Assembly: GCA_016871805.1 (NCBI GenBank) | Contig: VHCG01000012.1 | Span: 5,946-69,945 of the forward strand | Direction of reading: 5' to 3' | DNA from: Verrucomicrobiota bacterium | GTDB taxonomy: Bacteria > Verrucomicrobiota > Verrucomicrobiia > Limisphaerales > UBA9464 | Length of the DNA stretch: 64,000 bases | Part shown: positions 30,832-41,141 of the stretch, piece after piece | How the letters are laid out: every line of letters starts with the position of its first letter | How positions within the stretch are numbered: position 1 is the stretch's first letter | Notes under the pieces: model-generated | What the model was told of the DNA's origin: nothing | What the model saw: the letters and a program-made list of their open reading frames with translations, nothing else | The model's database searches: none | Program-made: the position numbers and the translations under genes

Positions 30832-30848
30832 CAACGCCAACGGCGTTG
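30832..30848. repeat. 17-bp perfect palindrome CAACGCC-AAC-GGCGTTG
   Basis: Read directly from the sequence. It is the first of two near-identical CAAC-N9-GTTG elements in the Hsp70 upstream region. Confidence 0.5.
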
Positions 30849-30915
30849 AGGCCTTGAGCCCAGGGTTGGCCCGAGGAACGAGGACCTACCCTGGGGTCCG
30901 AATCGGGATGCGGAA

Positions 30916-30932
30916 CAACCGCAACGCGGTTG
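30916..30932. repeat. 17-bp perfect palindrome CAACCGC-AAC-GCGGTTG
   Basis: Read directly from the sequence. It lies 84 bp downstream of the first copy and has the same architecture. Confidence 0.5.
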
Positions 30933-31113
30933 CGCCATGGGGGCAAAGACGGCCAGGCCGGGGAATGGGCCCACACACGGGAGGGGGAATGGGGCCAGGT
31001 CCTTGTTCCACACGGGAGAGGAGGAGGGTCCCACGTTCTGGGGACCTGTCTTTGAGCGGATCCGGTCCGTCGCTTGCCGGTTGGGCCAACATCGCCCACC
31101 GTCCCGGTTGCTC

Positions 31114-33078
31114 ATGGGAAATATCGTCGGCATCGATCTCGGCACGACCAACTCGCTGGTGGCGGTTGTGGACAGCGGCATCCCGTATGTGATCGCGGAT
31201 GCCGAGGGCAACCGTCTCACCCCTTCGGTGGTGCATGTTCCCGGTCCGGACCAGACGCCTCTTGTGGGGCATCCGGCGAACCGTGTCCGGGTGATCCGGC
31301 CCCGCGACACGGTCTATTCCGTGAAGCGTTTCATGGGCCGGCGCGGCGCGGAGATTCCTCGGGAGGACATGCTCGTCACCTATCCGGTGAAGGGGGAGGG
31401 GGCCGGTCCTGTCACCATCGAGTTGTCAGGTCGGGCCTGGACGCCTGAGGAGGTCTCGGCGGAGGTCCTCAGGAAGCTCAAGCGCGACGCCGAGGTGTCT
31501 CTGGGGACCCCGGTGGACAGGGCGGTGATCACGGTGCCAGCCTATTTCAACGATGCCCAGCGCAACGCCACCATCCGGGCTGGTGAGCTCGCCGGACTGA
31601 AGGTGGAGCGGATCGTCAACGAGCCCACAGCGGCTGCACTGGCCTATGGTCTCGACAAGCTCGGGGACCGATCCCGGATCGCGGTGTATGACCTCGGTGG
31701 CGGCACCTTCGACCTGTCGATCCTCGAACTGAACCAGGGCACGTTCCAGGTCCTGAGCACCCATGGAGATACCCGGCTGGGCGGGGATGACTTCGATCGG
31801 CGTCTGACGGAGCACCTGCTCGGGGAGATCCGGAAGGCGGGAGGTCCTGAGGACGGCGGTGACCTGTCGATCCTGTCGCGTGTCCGGGAGGAGGCGGAGC
31901 GGGCGAAGATCCGGCTGAGCGCGGAGACCGAGGTCGAGATTGCCCTGCCGTTCCTGCGTCCCGACTTCAGCTTCAGCTGTCGCATCAGCCGGGAAACCCT
32001 GGAGCGGCTCACCAAGGACCTCGTCGACCGGACGCGGGCCCACTCTCTCCGGGCCTTGTCCGACGCGAAGCTCGAGGCGCAGGACCTCAACCAGGTGATC
32101 CTGGTGGGCGGACAGACCCGGATGCCGTTGGTCCGACGCAAGGTGTCCGAGTGGTTCGGCTGTGCGGAGTTTGCCGAGACCCGGGGGGATGTGCGTCTGG
32201 GAGAGGAGTACCACCAGAAGCCAGGCCCGGAGCTGAACACGAGTGTCAATCCGGACGAGGCCGTCGCCCTCGGAGCCGCCATCCAGGCCGAGATCCTTTC
32301 AGGTGGGTTCCGCAACCTGCTGCTCCTGGACGTCACGCCGTTGTCGCTCGGCATCGAAACCTTCGGCGGATTGATGAACGTGATCATCCCGCGCAACACC
32401 ACCATCCCGGTCAAGGCCGGCGAGGTCTTCACCACGGCGGTGGATCACCAGCAGTCGATGCTCATCCACGTGTTGCAGGGGGAGCGCGAGCGGGTGAAGG
32501 ACAACTGGTCCCTGGGCCGGTTCGAGATCGAGTTCGAGTCCGCCCCCAAGGCGGTGCCGCGGGTGGGTGTGCAGTTCGAGATCGATGCCAACGGCGTGCT
32601 CCATGTCCTCGCCCGGGATCTCAAGACCGGCCACCAGAAGGTGGTCGAGATGAAGTCGGCGGTGGATGTCAGCGATGCCGAGGTCAACCGGATGATCGAG
32701 GAGTCGGTCGAGAATGCGTTCGATGATCTGAAGGCCCGGCAATGGATCGAGGCCAAGCTCAAGTCGGGCGAGATCCTGTCGGCCACGCGCAAGGCGATGG
32801 CCGAATACGATGCGGAGCTGGACGACGAGTATCGTCAGCAGCTGCTGCGGGCGATGGAGGAGGTGGAATCGGTCCTCGCCCAGGAGAATCCGAAGACCAA
32901 GACCGGGGAGCCGGCGTGGCTGAAGGCCGCCAACGCGCGGTTGGACGAGGTCACCAAGCCCCTTGCGGACCATGCCATGGACCGCGTGATGGAGGAGATG
33001 CTGCGCCAGCGTGGCATGCTGGCGGGTGGAGTGAACCCGGGGACACCGTCGCCGTCAGGCAGCGGGGGGAACGGATAG
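31114..33078 (+). CDS. Hsp70-family chaperone paralog (DnaK/HscA-like)
   Basis: [45 protein letters not shown], and a substrate-binding domain [15 protein letters not shown]. The ATG at 31114 matches the family N-terminus. Confidence 0.9.
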   Translation: MGNIVGIDLGTTNSLVAVVDSGIPYVIADAEGNRLTPSVVHVPGPDQTPLVGHPANRVRVIRPRDTVYSVKRFMGRRGAEIPREDMLVTYPVKGEGAGPVTIELSGRAWTPEEVSAEVLRKLKRDAEVSLGTPVDRAVITVPAYFNDAQRNATIRAGELAGLKVERIVNEPTAAALAYGLDKLGDRSRIAVYDLGGGTFDLSILELNQGTFQVLSTHGDTRLGGDDFDRRLTEHLLGEIRKAGGPEDGGDLSILSRVREEAERAKIRLSAETEVEIALPFLRPDFSFSCRISRETLERLTKDLVDRTRAHSLRALSDAKLEAQDLNQVILVGGQTRMPLVRRKVSEWFGCAEFAETRGDVRLGEEYHQKPGPELNTSVNPDEAVALGAAIQAEILSGGFRNLLLLDVTPLSLGIETFGGLMNVIIPRNTTIPVKAGEVFTTAVDHQQSMLIHVLQGERERVKDNWSLGRFEIEFESAPKAVPRVGVQFEIDANGVLHVLARDLKTGHQKVVEMKSAVDVSDAEVNRMIEESVENAFDDLKARQWIEAKLKSGEILSATRKAMAEYDAELDDEYRQQLLRAMEEVESVLAQENPKTKTGEPAWLKAANARLDEVTKPLADHAMDRVMEEMLRQRGMLAGGVNPGTPSPSGSGGNG

Positions 33079-33795
33079 GTTCCCGAACGGGTTGCTGCCG
33101 AACCCGGACGGCTGCTCTGCCGCGTTGATCGGCACCCGGACCTCCCCAGGACGGGACGCTGCAACGGCGGCGGCCATCTGGGCGGGAGTGTCGTTCTCGT
33201 GGAGCTTCGAGGCCGTCTCGCCCGTTTCCGAAGGGTTCTTCGCCCGCTTGCTCTTTGCCAGCGGGCTGATCATCACGTTGATGGAGCGTCCAATGAGCTT
33301 AGGGGCGAAGTCCGCCTGGCCCCACGGGGAGAGGTCCTTGAGGAACTTGTCCATGACCGCCACGCCGATCTGGGGGCGCGCCATCTCACGGGTCCGGAAG
33401 CGGAGAGATACCTTGACCTTGTGGTCTTCGCAGAGGAAGCCGACGGCATGGTCCAGCTTGATGCCGAGATCGTGGGGGTCGATCCGGGGCGATAGCTGGA
33501 TCTCCTTCACCGAGTGGGCGCTCTGGCTCTTCTTCGAGTCTCGCTCCCGCTTCGCCTGTTCGTACTTGAACTTGCCGAAATCCACGATGCGGCAGACGGG
33601 CGGTACGGCGGTGGCGGCGATCTCGACGAGGTCGAGGCCCTGGTTTCGGGCGAGGGTGATGGCGGCCCCCAGATCCATGATCCCGGCTTGGGAGCCATCG
33701 GCATTGATCACGCGGACGTCGCGGGCGCGGATCTTACCGTTGATGCGATACTGGGGCTGCGGAGGCCCGCCACGAGGAGGGAAAGGGCGGCTCAA
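33055..33795 (-). CDS. infC: translation initiation factor IF-3 with C-terminal extension
   Basis: [19 protein letters not shown]...[27 protein letters not shown]...[19 protein letters not shown]...[16 protein letters not shown]. No in-frame ATG is available. The TTG at 33795 gives a family-typical 16-aa N-terminal lead. The start is uncertain. Confidence 0.85.
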   Translation of the reverse strand: MSRPFPPRGGPPQPQYRINGKIRARDVRVINADGSQAGIMDLGAAITLARNQGLDLVEIAATAVPPVCRIVDFGKFKYEQAKRERDSKKSQSAHSVKEIQLSPRIDPHDLGIKLDHAVGFLCEDHKVKVSLRFRTREMARPQIGVAVMDKFLKDLSPWGQADFAPKLIGRSINVMISPLAKSKRAKNPSETGETASKLHENDTPAQMAAAVAASRPGEVRVPINAAEQPSGFGSNPFGNLSVPPAA

Positions 33796-33984
33796 GCGGC
33801 CCTCACCGGGTTGGAGTTGACCATGAAGACAGAAATGATTGCGGCGCGATCGAGCGTGCGGTGATGGAAATAGTTCCGGGAACCCGGTCGTCGCAAGGCA
33901 AAACTTGGTGGGTGCAGGTCCTGCCAACCGTCTTGGCTGAGGTCCGCGCTTTCCGCAGGAGGGGTGTCGATGTAAACTTCCAAT

Positions 33985-36900
33985 ATGGTTTCAGCGACGT
34001 ACCCACGCCTCCTCCTTGCCTGTGTGTTTCTTGCCTCCGGCCGGGCTGCGTTGGCGGGGAAGGGGCTCCCTACGGGCCGCGTCGATTTCGCCACGGAGGT
34101 CCAGCCGATCCTCTCGTCCAAGTGTTATCCGTGTCACGGACCCGACGAGGCGGCTCGCAAGGCCACGCTGAGGCTCGATTCGTTCGTCGAGGCCACCCGC
34201 AGCCGCTCCCCCCGGGCGGCCATTGTGCCAAATCACTCCCAGGACAGTGAGATCCTCCATCGGATCCGGTCCACGGATCCCGAGGAGGTCATGCCTCCAC
34301 CGGAGGTGAAGAATCCTGTGACGCCGGCCGAGGCCGACGTCCTGTCGCGGTGGATACAGCAGGGTGCCGAATATGCTTCCCACTGGGCCTGGACCCCTCC
34401 GACGCGTCCTCCCCTGCCACGGGTTAAGGATCGGGCCTGGGCCCGGAATGGCATCGACCGCTTCATCGCCGCCCGTCTGCAGGCCTCGGGTCTGGCTCCC
34501 TCGGCCGAAGCGGATCGTCCGACGCTGATCCGGCGGCTGTCCCTCGATCTCACCGGCTTGCCACCGTCCCCTGAGGAGGTCGCGGCGTTCGTGTCGGATC
34601 GACGACCTGACGCCTACGGGCAGCTGGTGGATCGGCTCCTCATCTCGCCCCATTTCGGCGAGCGTTGGGCACGGGTGTGGCTGGATCTCGCCCGGTATGC
34701 GGACTCCGCCGGCTATGGTTCCGACCCGTTGCGTCCCAACATCTGGCCGTGGCGGGACTGGCTGATCGGGGCGCTGAACTGGAATCTGCCTTACGATGAG
34801 TTCACGCGGGACCTCCTCGCCGGGGATCTCGTGGAGAACGCTACAGAGGCGCAGCGGGCCGCCACGGCGTTCCATCGGAATACCATGACCAACACCGAGG
34901 GGGGGACCGATGACGAGGAATGGCGCGTCGCCGCGGTAAAGGACCGAGTCGGGGTCACCGCCCAGGTGTGGATGGGGCTGACCATGAACTGCGCCCAGTG
35001 CCACACCCACAAGTTCGATCCCATCACCCATCGGGAATACTACGCGTTCTATGCGCTCTTCAATCAGACCGCCGACTTCGACCAACCCGACGAGCGTCCC
35101 ACGATGCCTGTCTTTTCGGTGGAGGAGCGTCGGCGTCGCGCCGAGCTGACGGCGGCGATCGACCGCAAAGAGGCCGAGCTCACGGCGCCGAACCCCGAGT
35201 TCGAGACCGAGCTCAAGGTCTGGGCACGGGAAGCCGCCCATCCGGTGCCCTGGACACCGCTGGCGCCAATCCGGATCACCTCCCAGGCCACCAACGTCCC
35301 GGTATTCGAGGTCGAGTCCGACCGGTCCATCCGGGTCGGGGGCCCCACCGCACCTCGGGACACCTACAGTCTCACGGCCCCGGTGACCCTGTCCCGCCTG
35401 ACGGCGCTGCAGATCGAGGTCCTGCCCGATCCGTCCCTGCCGGCCCACGGGCCGGGCCGTGCGGAGGGCGGGGCTTTTGTCCTGAGCGACGTCCGTCTCG
35501 ATCTCGTCCCGGAAGCGGCCCGGACCCAGGCGGGACGGTTCGTCCGTCTCGAGGCTCCGGGCAGCAATCGGATCCTCAGCCTCGCGGAGGTTCAGGTGTG
35601 GTCCGGAGGCACCAACCTGGCGCTGCGCGGGACCGCCAAGCAGTCCAGCACGGGGTATCTGGGCGATGCGGTCCGAGCGATCGATGGCAACACCGATGGC
35701 CGCTATGAACAGGGCCGGTCGACCACCCACACGGAGACCGAGAAGGATCCGTGGTGGGAGGTGGACCTGAGCGGTGAGGTGCCGGTGGAGACGATCGCCG
35801 TGTGGAATCGGACCGACGGGTCCGTAGGGGATCGATTGGCCAACACCCGGGTCGTGGTGCTCGACGCGAATCGGCGTCCGGTGTGGCAGGGCCTTCTCGA
35901 GATGGCTCCCGCGCCGGTGTCGACCGTGGGGCCTGCCGCCCCGACACCGATCAATCTGACCCGTGCGAGTGCCGATCGGAGAGCAGCGGAGTTCCCTGCG
36001 TCCAAGGCAATCGACGCCGACTCCGGGGCCAACTCGGGATGGTCGTCCGGGGATTCCGGAAACGCCCGCCGATGGACCGCCGAGCTCGCCGAGCCGCTGG
36101 ACCTCAAGAGCCCCGCCAAGGTTCGGGTGACGCTCGCGCAGAACCAGGGGGACCGGAAGGTGTTGGGCCGCTTCCGGGTCTCGGTCACCGATCGGGCGAC
36201 CCCGTTGCAGACCCAGTCCGAACAGATCTCGCGTGCGGTGGCTACGGATCCGGAGCGTTGGACTCCGGAGCAGCGGCGACTTCTGGCCGATCATCTCCGA
36301 CCGGAGTCGAAGACCCTGGGGCCGGTGGTCCGGGAACTTCAGGATCTCCGGGGACAGTTGTCGGCCATTCGTGGAACACCGCTGCCGGTGTTGAAGGAGC
36401 TGGATCCAACCGGGGCCCGTGTGACCCGCGTGCTCAACAAGGGGAACTTCCTCGACCCCGGCGATCCCGTGGTCACCGGCGTGCCGGGCGGGTTCCACCC
36501 GTGGCCCGCTGGGGCCCCGACCAACCGACTGGGTCTGGTGCAGTGGCTGATGTCCCCGGCGAATCCGCTCACCGCACGGGTCGCGGTGAATCGCACCTGG
36601 ACCCAGCTCCTCGGTCGGGCGCTGGTCGAGACCGAGGAGGACTTCGGCACCCAGGGCACCGCGCCGACCCATCGGGACCTGCTCGACTGGCTCGCGGTCA
36701 GCTACCAGACCCCGCGTCCGACCGGAACGAAGGTGGATCCGCTTCGGCCTGAGCTGGGTTGGGATTTCAAGGGGCTGGTCAAGCTGATCGTAACCTCCGC
36801 CACCTATCGGCAGAGCTCAGTGACGACGCCCGACCCACTCGAGAAGGATCCACTGAACACCCTGTATTCGAGGGCATCACGGCGGCGGCTGGATGCCGAG

Positions 36901-37503
36901 ATGGTCCGGGACCAGGCCCTGGCGCTGAGCGGTCTGCTGAGCCGCAAGGTGGGTGGGCCAAGTGTCTATCCCGCCCAGCCCGATGGTCTGTGGCGGGCGG
37001 CCTTCAACGGGGAACGGTCGTGGACATCCAGCGAGGGGGAGGATCGGTATCGGCGCGGGATCTACACCTTCTGGAGGCGGACGATTCCATATCCCAGCAT
37101 GGCGACCTTCGATGCGCCCAGCCGCGAGAACTGCACCGTGCGGCGTCAGCCGACCAACACCCCACTGCAGGCGTTCGTCACCCTCAATGACCCGGTTTTC
37201 GTGGAATGTGCCCAGGCCCTCGGGCGTCGTCTCGCCCAGGCGGACGGTTCGGTGGCGGATCGGGTGAGGCTGGGTCTGGAGCGGGCGCTCTGTCGCCCTG
37301 CCTCGGAGGAGGCGGTCCAGAGGCTGGTGTCCCTCCACGACTCGGAGCGGGCGGGCTATGCGGACCGGACCGACGAGGCCCTGCGTCTGTCGACGGACCC
37401 CTTGGGGATGCTGCCGGCCGGTCTCGATCCCGCCGAGGCGGCGGCCTGGACCACGGTGGCCAATGTCCTGCTCAACCTCGACGGCGTCCTGATGAAAAAC
37501 TGA
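33985..37503 (+). CDS. PSCyt1/DUF1549/F5-8 type C/DUF1553 protein (PSD1-like, PVC-typical)
   Basis: Signal peptide; KCYPCHGPDE (CxxCH); RRLSLDLTGLPPSPEE (DUF1549); NCAQCHTHKFDP; a discoidin-like insert (AIDGNTDG...DPWWEVDL); and a DUF1553-like C-terminal third. Confidence 0.85.
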   Translation: MVSATYPRLLLACVFLASGRAALAGKGLPTGRVDFATEVQPILSSKCYPCHGPDEAARKATLRLDSFVEATRSRSPRAAIVPNHSQDSEILHRIRSTDPEEVMPPPEVKNPVTPAEADVLSRWIQQGAEYASHWAWTPPTRPPLPRVKDRAWARNGIDRFIAARLQASGLAPSAEADRPTLIRRLSLDLTGLPPSPEEVAAFVSDRRPDAYGQLVDRLLISPHFGERWARVWLDLARYADSAGYGSDPLRPNIWPWRDWLIGALNWNLPYDEFTRDLLAGDLVENATEAQRAATAFHRNTMTNTEGGTDDEEWRVAAVKDRVGVTAQVWMGLTMNCAQCHTHKFDPITHREYYAFYALFNQTADFDQPDERPTMPVFSVEERRRRAELTAAIDRKEAELTAPNPEFETELKVWAREAAHPVPWTPLAPIRITSQATNVPVFEVESDRSIRVGGPTAPRDTYSLTAPVTLSRLTALQIEVLPDPSLPAHGPGRAEGGAFVLSDVRLDLVPEAARTQAGRFVRLEAPGSNRILSLAEVQVWSGGTNLALRGTAKQSSTGYLGDAVRAIDGNTDGRYEQGRSTTHTETEKDPWWEVDLSGEVPVETIAVWNRTDGSVGDRLANTRVVVLDANRRPVWQGLLEMAPAPVSTVGPAAPTPINLTRASADRRAAEFPASKAIDADSGANSGWSSGDSGNARRWTAELAEPLDLKSPAKVRVTLAQNQGDRKVLGRFRVSVTDRATPLQTQSEQISRAVATDPERWTPEQRRLLADHLRPESKTLGPVVRELQDLRGQLSAIRGTPLPVLKELDPTGARVTRVLNKGNFLDPGDPVVTGVPGGFHPWPAGAPTNRLGLVQWLMSPANPLTARVAVNRTWTQLLGRALVETEEDFGTQGTAPTHRDLLDWLAVSYQTPRPTGTKVDPLRPELGWDFKGLVKLIVTSATYRQSSVTTPDPLEKDPLNTLYSRASRRRLDAEMVRDQALALSGLLSRKVGGPSVYPAQPDGLWRAAFNGERSWTSSEGEDRYRRGIYTFWRRTIPYPSMATFDAPSRENCTVRRQPTNTPLQAFVTLNDPVFVECAQALGRRLAQADGSVADRVRLGLERALCRPASEEAVQRLVSLHDSERAGYADRTDEALRLSTDPLGMLPAGLDPAEAAAWTTVANVLLNLDGVLMKN

Positions 37504-37524
37504 GCCGGGGAGCCGCCTCGTCGA

Positions 37525-38331
37525 TCAGTTGAAGACGGTCTTGTAACAACGGGTGTCGGGACTCCTGTGGTCGTCCTCGGCCTTGCCGGTGGACCCGTCG
37601 ATCAATCCGAAGTCCCGCGCCCGAAGCGCCTTCGCCTTCCGGTACTCGGCGTGGCCGTCGACGAACAGATGGTTCCCTCCCTGGTTGTGGAGGCTCGCGT
37701 ACCAGTCGACGCCGGGTTTGAGGATCACGTGCCAGAAGGTGTATTGCCCGGGGCAGAGTCCGAAGTCGGCTCCGTAGGCGGGGCGCAGTGCCGTGAAGCT
37801 GACGAGTCGCGTGGTCTCCTGGCAGAAGATGAGGCCGCTGAGATCCGGGACGGAGTCGAGGGTGCGTTCCATGAACACGGCATTCGGCAGGTATCCGGTG
37901 GCGCTGTTCGTGGTGGCGTCGGAGCCGTCGCCTGGCTTCTTCGCGCTGGGGCAGGCGTAGACCTTCGAGCTGCGGCCCTGGGCGGTTCCCTGGAGGTAGG
38001 GGGCGATGGCGTACAGGCAGTTGTTCTGCCAGCCCGGCGCCTTGGGATTCATGAAGTCGGGGACCTGGGAGGCCTTCGGGGGCAGGCGTTTGTGGTCACT
38101 CTCGTAGAGGAGCAGCGCGATGCCCATCTGGCGCATGTTGTTCAGGCACTGCGTCTGGCGGGCCCGTTCCTTGGCCTTGGCGAGGGCGGGCAGGAGCATC
38201 CCGGCGAGGATGGCGATAACCGCGATCACCACGAGCAGCTCGATCAGGGTGAACCCGCTCCTGGCGGGCAAACCGTGCCGTCCGTCACGGGGCTCGATTG
38301 TGGCATCCGGTGTGGGACAGGGGGTTCGCAT
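37525..38331 (-). CDS. prepilin-type N-terminal cleavage/methylation protein with H-X9-DG motif (DUF1559-like)
   Basis: [25 protein letters not shown] and a C-terminal [13 protein letters not shown] (H-X9-DG). ATG at 38331. Confidence 0.85.
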   Translation of the reverse strand: MRTPCPTPDATIEPRDGRHGLPARSGFTLIELLVVIAVIAILAGMLLPALAKAKERARQTQCLNNMRQMGIALLLYESDHKRLPPKASQVPDFMNPKAPGWQNNCLYAIAPYLQGTAQGRSSKVYACPSAKKPGDGSDATTNSATGYLPNAVFMERTLDSVPDLSGLIFCQETTRLVSFTALRPAYGADFGLCPGQYTFWHVILKPGVDWYASLHNQGGNHLFVDGHAEYRKAKALRARDFGLIDGSTGKAEDDHRSPDTRCYKTVFN

Positions 38332-38483
38332 GGGACTTGCGGGAGCATCAATCCCTTCCAGTGGTTGGGTCAAACGCCGGTTCGACAACCGACAACTCGC
38401 GTCAAAATGGACATGAGGATTGACGTCGGGGACGCGGTTGATAGCGTCTGCGGCTTGCTCCGGCCGGGAGCCCACTGTCTACC

Positions 38484-38621
38484 ATGAAACGCCAGTATCA
38501 GCCTTCAAAGATCCGTCGCGTCCGCCAGCATGGCTTCCGCGCCCGCATGGCCACCAAGGGTGGCCGCATGATCCTCAACCGCCGGCGCCGTCTCGGGCGC
38601 AAGCGCCTCACCCCGGTTTGA
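38484..38621 (+). CDS. rpmH: 50S ribosomal protein L34
   Basis: [45 protein letters not shown] (45 aa). It is too short for the ORF track and was found by reading the sequence upstream of rnpA. Confidence 0.9.
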   Translation: MKRQYQPSKIRRVRQHGFRARMATKGGRMILNRRRRLGRKRLTPV

Positions 38622-38638
38622 TCGTCCCGAGCTGCGTC

Positions 38639-39043
38639 ATGTCGGCGCCTTCCGTTCCCCGGTTGGGTCTGCAACGAGGGCAGCGGTTGCGGGCCGGCTG
38701 TGACTTCATCCGCCTCAAGGAATCCGGTCAACGCTGGGTCCAGGGCTGTCTCATCCTGAACTGGCAGCCCGCTTCCGACCGCCGCTCCGGATCCCGGGTC
38801 GGCTTTGTGACCTCCAAGACCATCGGCAACGCCGTGTGCCGCAACCGGGCCCGACGTCTCCTCAAGGAGGTCTTCCGCAGGCATCAGCATGCCATCAGCG
38901 TTCCGGTGGACCTGATCCTCGTCGCCCGGAAGTCCATCGTCGACAAGGGGTTCGACGCCGTCGAGGCCGACTACCTGCGCTCTCTGAAGGGCGCCCGACT
39001 CGGGCCGGTCCCGTCCCAGACTGCTCCTGTCCCACCCCGATGA
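38639..39043 (+). CDS. rnpA: RNase P protein component
   Basis: It sits directly after rpmH. VGFVTSKTIGNAVCRNRARRLLKEVFR contains the RNR motif. Confidence 0.85.
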   Translation: MSAPSVPRLGLQRGQRLRAGCDFIRLKESGQRWVQGCLILNWQPASDRRSGSRVGFVTSKTIGNAVCRNRARRLLKEVFRRHQHAISVPVDLILVARKSIVDKGFDAVEADYLRSLKGARLGPVPSQTAPVPPR

Positions 39044-39288
39044 AGCGCCTCCCCGCAGGTCTGGCCCGCCTTCTTATCCGGGCCTATCAGGTCGGGGTGT
39101 CCCCGATGAAGAGTGCCCTCCTGGGCGTCTCCGAGACCTGTCGGTTCCAGCCCACCTGTTCGACCTACGCGATGGAGGCGATCGATCGGCATGGACTCGT
39201 CTGTGGGAGCGCGATGGCGGCCCGCCGACTCTGCCGCTGTCATCCCTGGGGAGGTTGTGGGACCGACCCGGTGCCTGAACGCTGTTGA
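39040..39288 (+). CDS. yidD: membrane protein insertion efficiency factor YidD
   Basis: LIRAYQVGVSP...CRFQPTCSTYAMEAI..HG. ATGA overlap with the rnpA stop. Confidence 0.85.
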   Translation: MKRLPAGLARLLIRAYQVGVSPMKSALLGVSETCRFQPTCSTYAMEAIDRHGLVCGSAMAARRLCRCHPWGGCGTDPVPERC

Positions 39289-39308
39289 CCTGTCGCTGAA
39301 TCACTCGC

Positions 39309-41141
39309 ATGGACCGCAAGGGAATTGGAATTCTGATGGTGGCGTTTGCACTCATGTTGGGCTGGCCCGCATTGGTGAACCGCCTGTATCCTCCGTCCGA
39401 AAGGTCCAAGACCGCCACCAACGCGATTCCCAGGAGCCCTTCCTCGAACTCCTTGGTGGGAGTGCAGACCGGGTCGACGTCGTCCATCCCGGCGACCACG
39501 ATCCAGTCGGTTCCGAGTTCGACGGCCCCCCCGGTCCAGGTGTTGTCGGCCACGGCCGGGCAGACCCTCGTTCTCGAGAACACCCAGGTCCGCGCCACGT
39601 TCACCTCCCTGGGAGGCGGGCTGAGACGGGTCGATCTCAAGGAATACCCTGCGGTCATCGCCCGAGGGAAGGGGCAGGGGGCCCAGGCCTCGACGGATGT
39701 GATGCTGAATGACCCTGCGTTCTCCCCTGCGTTCGTGCATGTGGGGCTCCCGGGTCTCGGTGGCGACCAGGAATTCGAGCTCATCCAGCGGGATGGTGCG
39801 GTAATCGCCCAGAAGGACCTGCCAGAGGGGCTCCGGGTCGTGAAGGAGTATCGTCTGGCGAGCAACTATGTCTTCCAGGTGACGATCCGTCATGAGAACC
39901 GTGGGAGCCAGCCGGTGGCGCTCCCGTCGGGTGAGATGGTGATGGGCACGGCGTCGACCGCCGACCGCCAGGAGACGGGGGATTGGCTGGGGGCCTATTG
40001 GTATAATGGCACGGCGGCGGAGCACGTCGACATGACGTGGTTCGCCAACCGGTTCATGGGATGCATTCCCGGTGTGCCGCGGACGGAGTACGTGGCGGGT
40101 GCTTCGAATGTCGCGTGGGCCGCGGTCCACAACCGGTTCTTCACGATGATCGCGATTCCGGACCGTCCGGCGGACCGGGTCGTGGTGCGTGATTTTGCGC
40201 TGCCGAAACCGACCCCGGCGGATCGTGATGCGGACGGACGGCTCAATCCGGAACCCCGGGCCTACCAGGCGTCGCTTGTGCTGGCCGGGGGGACTGTGGC
40301 CCCGGGCCAGTCCCTGGAGCAGCGATTCAGCTTCTACGCCGGACCGAAGGAATACTTCACCCTGTCCCGGATGCGCCTGGGTCTCGAGGCCGTGATGGAC
40401 TTCGCCGGCTTCACCGGGTTCTTTGCCAAGGCCCTGCTGCTGTCGCTCAACGGACTCCACCAGTTCATTCCGTCCTATGGCTGGGCCATTGTCGTGCTGA
40501 CGATCCTGATCAAGGCGCTCTTCTGGCCGCTGACCGCGATCAGCACCCGGTCGATGAAGCGGATGCAGGCCATCCAGCCGGAGCTCCAGGCGATCCGGGA
40601 GAAGTTCAAGAACGATCCCGCCAAGGTTCAGGAGAAGACGATGGAGTGCATGAAGCGGCACAAGGTGAATCCGGCCGCTGGATGCCTGCCGATGCTCATC
40701 CAGTTCCCGGTCTTCATCGGTTTCTTCTTCATGCTCCGGACCGCGATTGAACTGCGCGGTGCCAGCTTCCTCTGGGTGGCCAATCTGGCCGAGCCCGACA
40801 CCCTCTTCACCATTCCGAACATGGGTTGGGTGCCCTTCCTCGGCGTCGCAGGTGTCGGGCTTCCATTCAACCTGCTGCCGCTTCTGATGGGCGCGACCTC
40901 GCTATGGATGTCCAGTCTGACGCCGCCGTCGCCCCAGATGGATCCCGTGCAGCAGAAGATGATGAAGTACATGCCGGTCTTCTTCGTCGCCTTCCTCTAC
41001 AACTACAGCTCGGGCCTGACCCTCTACTGGACCGTCCAGAACCTCCTGAGCGTGCTGCAGACGAAGATCACGCGCATGAACGACGAGAAGACCTCGGAAA
41101 AGGGCTCGCCACCGGGCCCGCTCGCGCGCAAAAAGACATGA
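39309..41141 (+). CDS. yidC: membrane protein insertase YidC
   Basis: 610 aa with an N-terminal anchor, a large periplasmic domain, and a conserved core (GWAIVVLTILIKALFWPLT..SM..MQ..QPE...GCLPMLIQFPVFIG..). Confidence 0.9.
   Translation: MDRKGIGILMVAFALMLGWPALVNRLYPPSERSKTATNAIPRSPSSNSLVGVQTGSTSSIPATTIQSVPSSTAPPVQVLSATAGQTLVLENTQVRATFTSLGGGLRRVDLKEYPAVIARGKGQGAQASTDVMLNDPAFSPAFVHVGLPGLGGDQEFELIQRDGAVIAQKDLPEGLRVVKEYRLASNYVFQVTIRHENRGSQPVALPSGEMVMGTASTADRQETGDWLGAYWYNGTAAEHVDMTWFANRFMGCIPGVPRTEYVAGASNVAWAAVHNRFFTMIAIPDRPADRVVVRDFALPKPTPADRDADGRLNPEPRAYQASLVLAGGTVAPGQSLEQRFSFYAGPKEYFTLSRMRLGLEAVMDFAGFTGFFAKALLLSLNGLHQFIPSYGWAIVVLTILIKALFWPLTAISTRSMKRMQAIQPELQAIREKFKNDPAKVQEKTMECMKRHKVNPAAGCLPMLIQFPVFIGFFFMLRTAIELRGASFLWVANLAEPDTLFTIPNMGWVPFLGVAGVGLPFNLLPLLMGATSLWMSSLTPPSPQMDPVQQKMMKYMPVFFVAFLYNYSSGLTLYWTVQNLLSVLQTKITRMNDEKTSEKGSPPGPLARKKT

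Noticed and set aside
38332-38483. oriC or DnaA boxes next to rpmH, and a TTGACG -35-like hexamer.
   Set aside because: No TTATCCACA-like boxes were seen, no convincing -10 lies at 16-18 nt spacing, and dnaA is not in the window.
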